Origin: Octopus vulgaris
Lineage: Eukaryota
Direction: 5' to 3'
Length of the DNA: 64,000 bases
Assembly: GCA_951406725.2 (NCBI GenBank)
Contig: OX597827.1
Location: 54,684,001 to 54,748,000, forward strand
Shown: one piece after another, positions 63,861 to 64,000 of the stretch
How the letters are laid out: every line of letters starts with the position of its first letter
How positions within the stretch are numbered: position 1 is the stretch's first letter
The notes under the pieces: model-generated
Told to the model about the DNA's origin: nothing
What the model saw: only the letters and a program-made list of their open reading frames with translations
Database searches by the model: none
Made by a program: the position numbers and the translations under genes

Positions 63861-64000
63861 CAGAATACTATAGTTTCAGAATATATTCTCAGAATACTAT
63901 AGTTAATATCAAATATTGGGAAATCAAGTAATCTTGTTTAAGATCGATACCACATTGCATGTTCAGAAATAAAATGTTTAAATTTGATTTTGCTTCTGTT

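Overview
AT-rich, microsatellite-rich eukaryotic DNA made mostly of interspersed repeats. The repeat set (several tRNA-headed SINE families, RTE and Tx1-like LINE 3' ends, TTAA/hAT/Tc1-mariner MITEs, Helitrons) looks like an octopus or other coleoid cephalopod genome; this is inference. No intact protein-coding gene is recognisable, and most ORF-track entries are microsatellite or SINE read-through. Recognisable coding fossils: two internally deleted mariner transposases, a decayed Helitron RepHel/Pif1 helicase (56.9-59.2 kb, minus), a probable hAT transposase, and RTE/Tx1 C-termini. Main finds: (1) a very young, highly structured 362-bp unit in about 1.5 tandem copies plus 5' inversions (38.28-39.04 kb), inserted in a (TA)n tract and carrying a minimal type I hammerhead ribozyme with a compensatory U3-A8 core (Penelope pLTR/retrozyme-like); (2) a near full-length U6 snRNA retrocopy fused directly to a SINE; (3) candidate 9-nt and 30-nt microexons, suggesting the window lies within introns of a large plus-strand gene; (4) LINE/SINE pairs with shared 3' tails, and MITEs reusing one insertion site. 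Family letters are my own labels. Coordinates of old repeats are approximate, and all alignments were done by eye.
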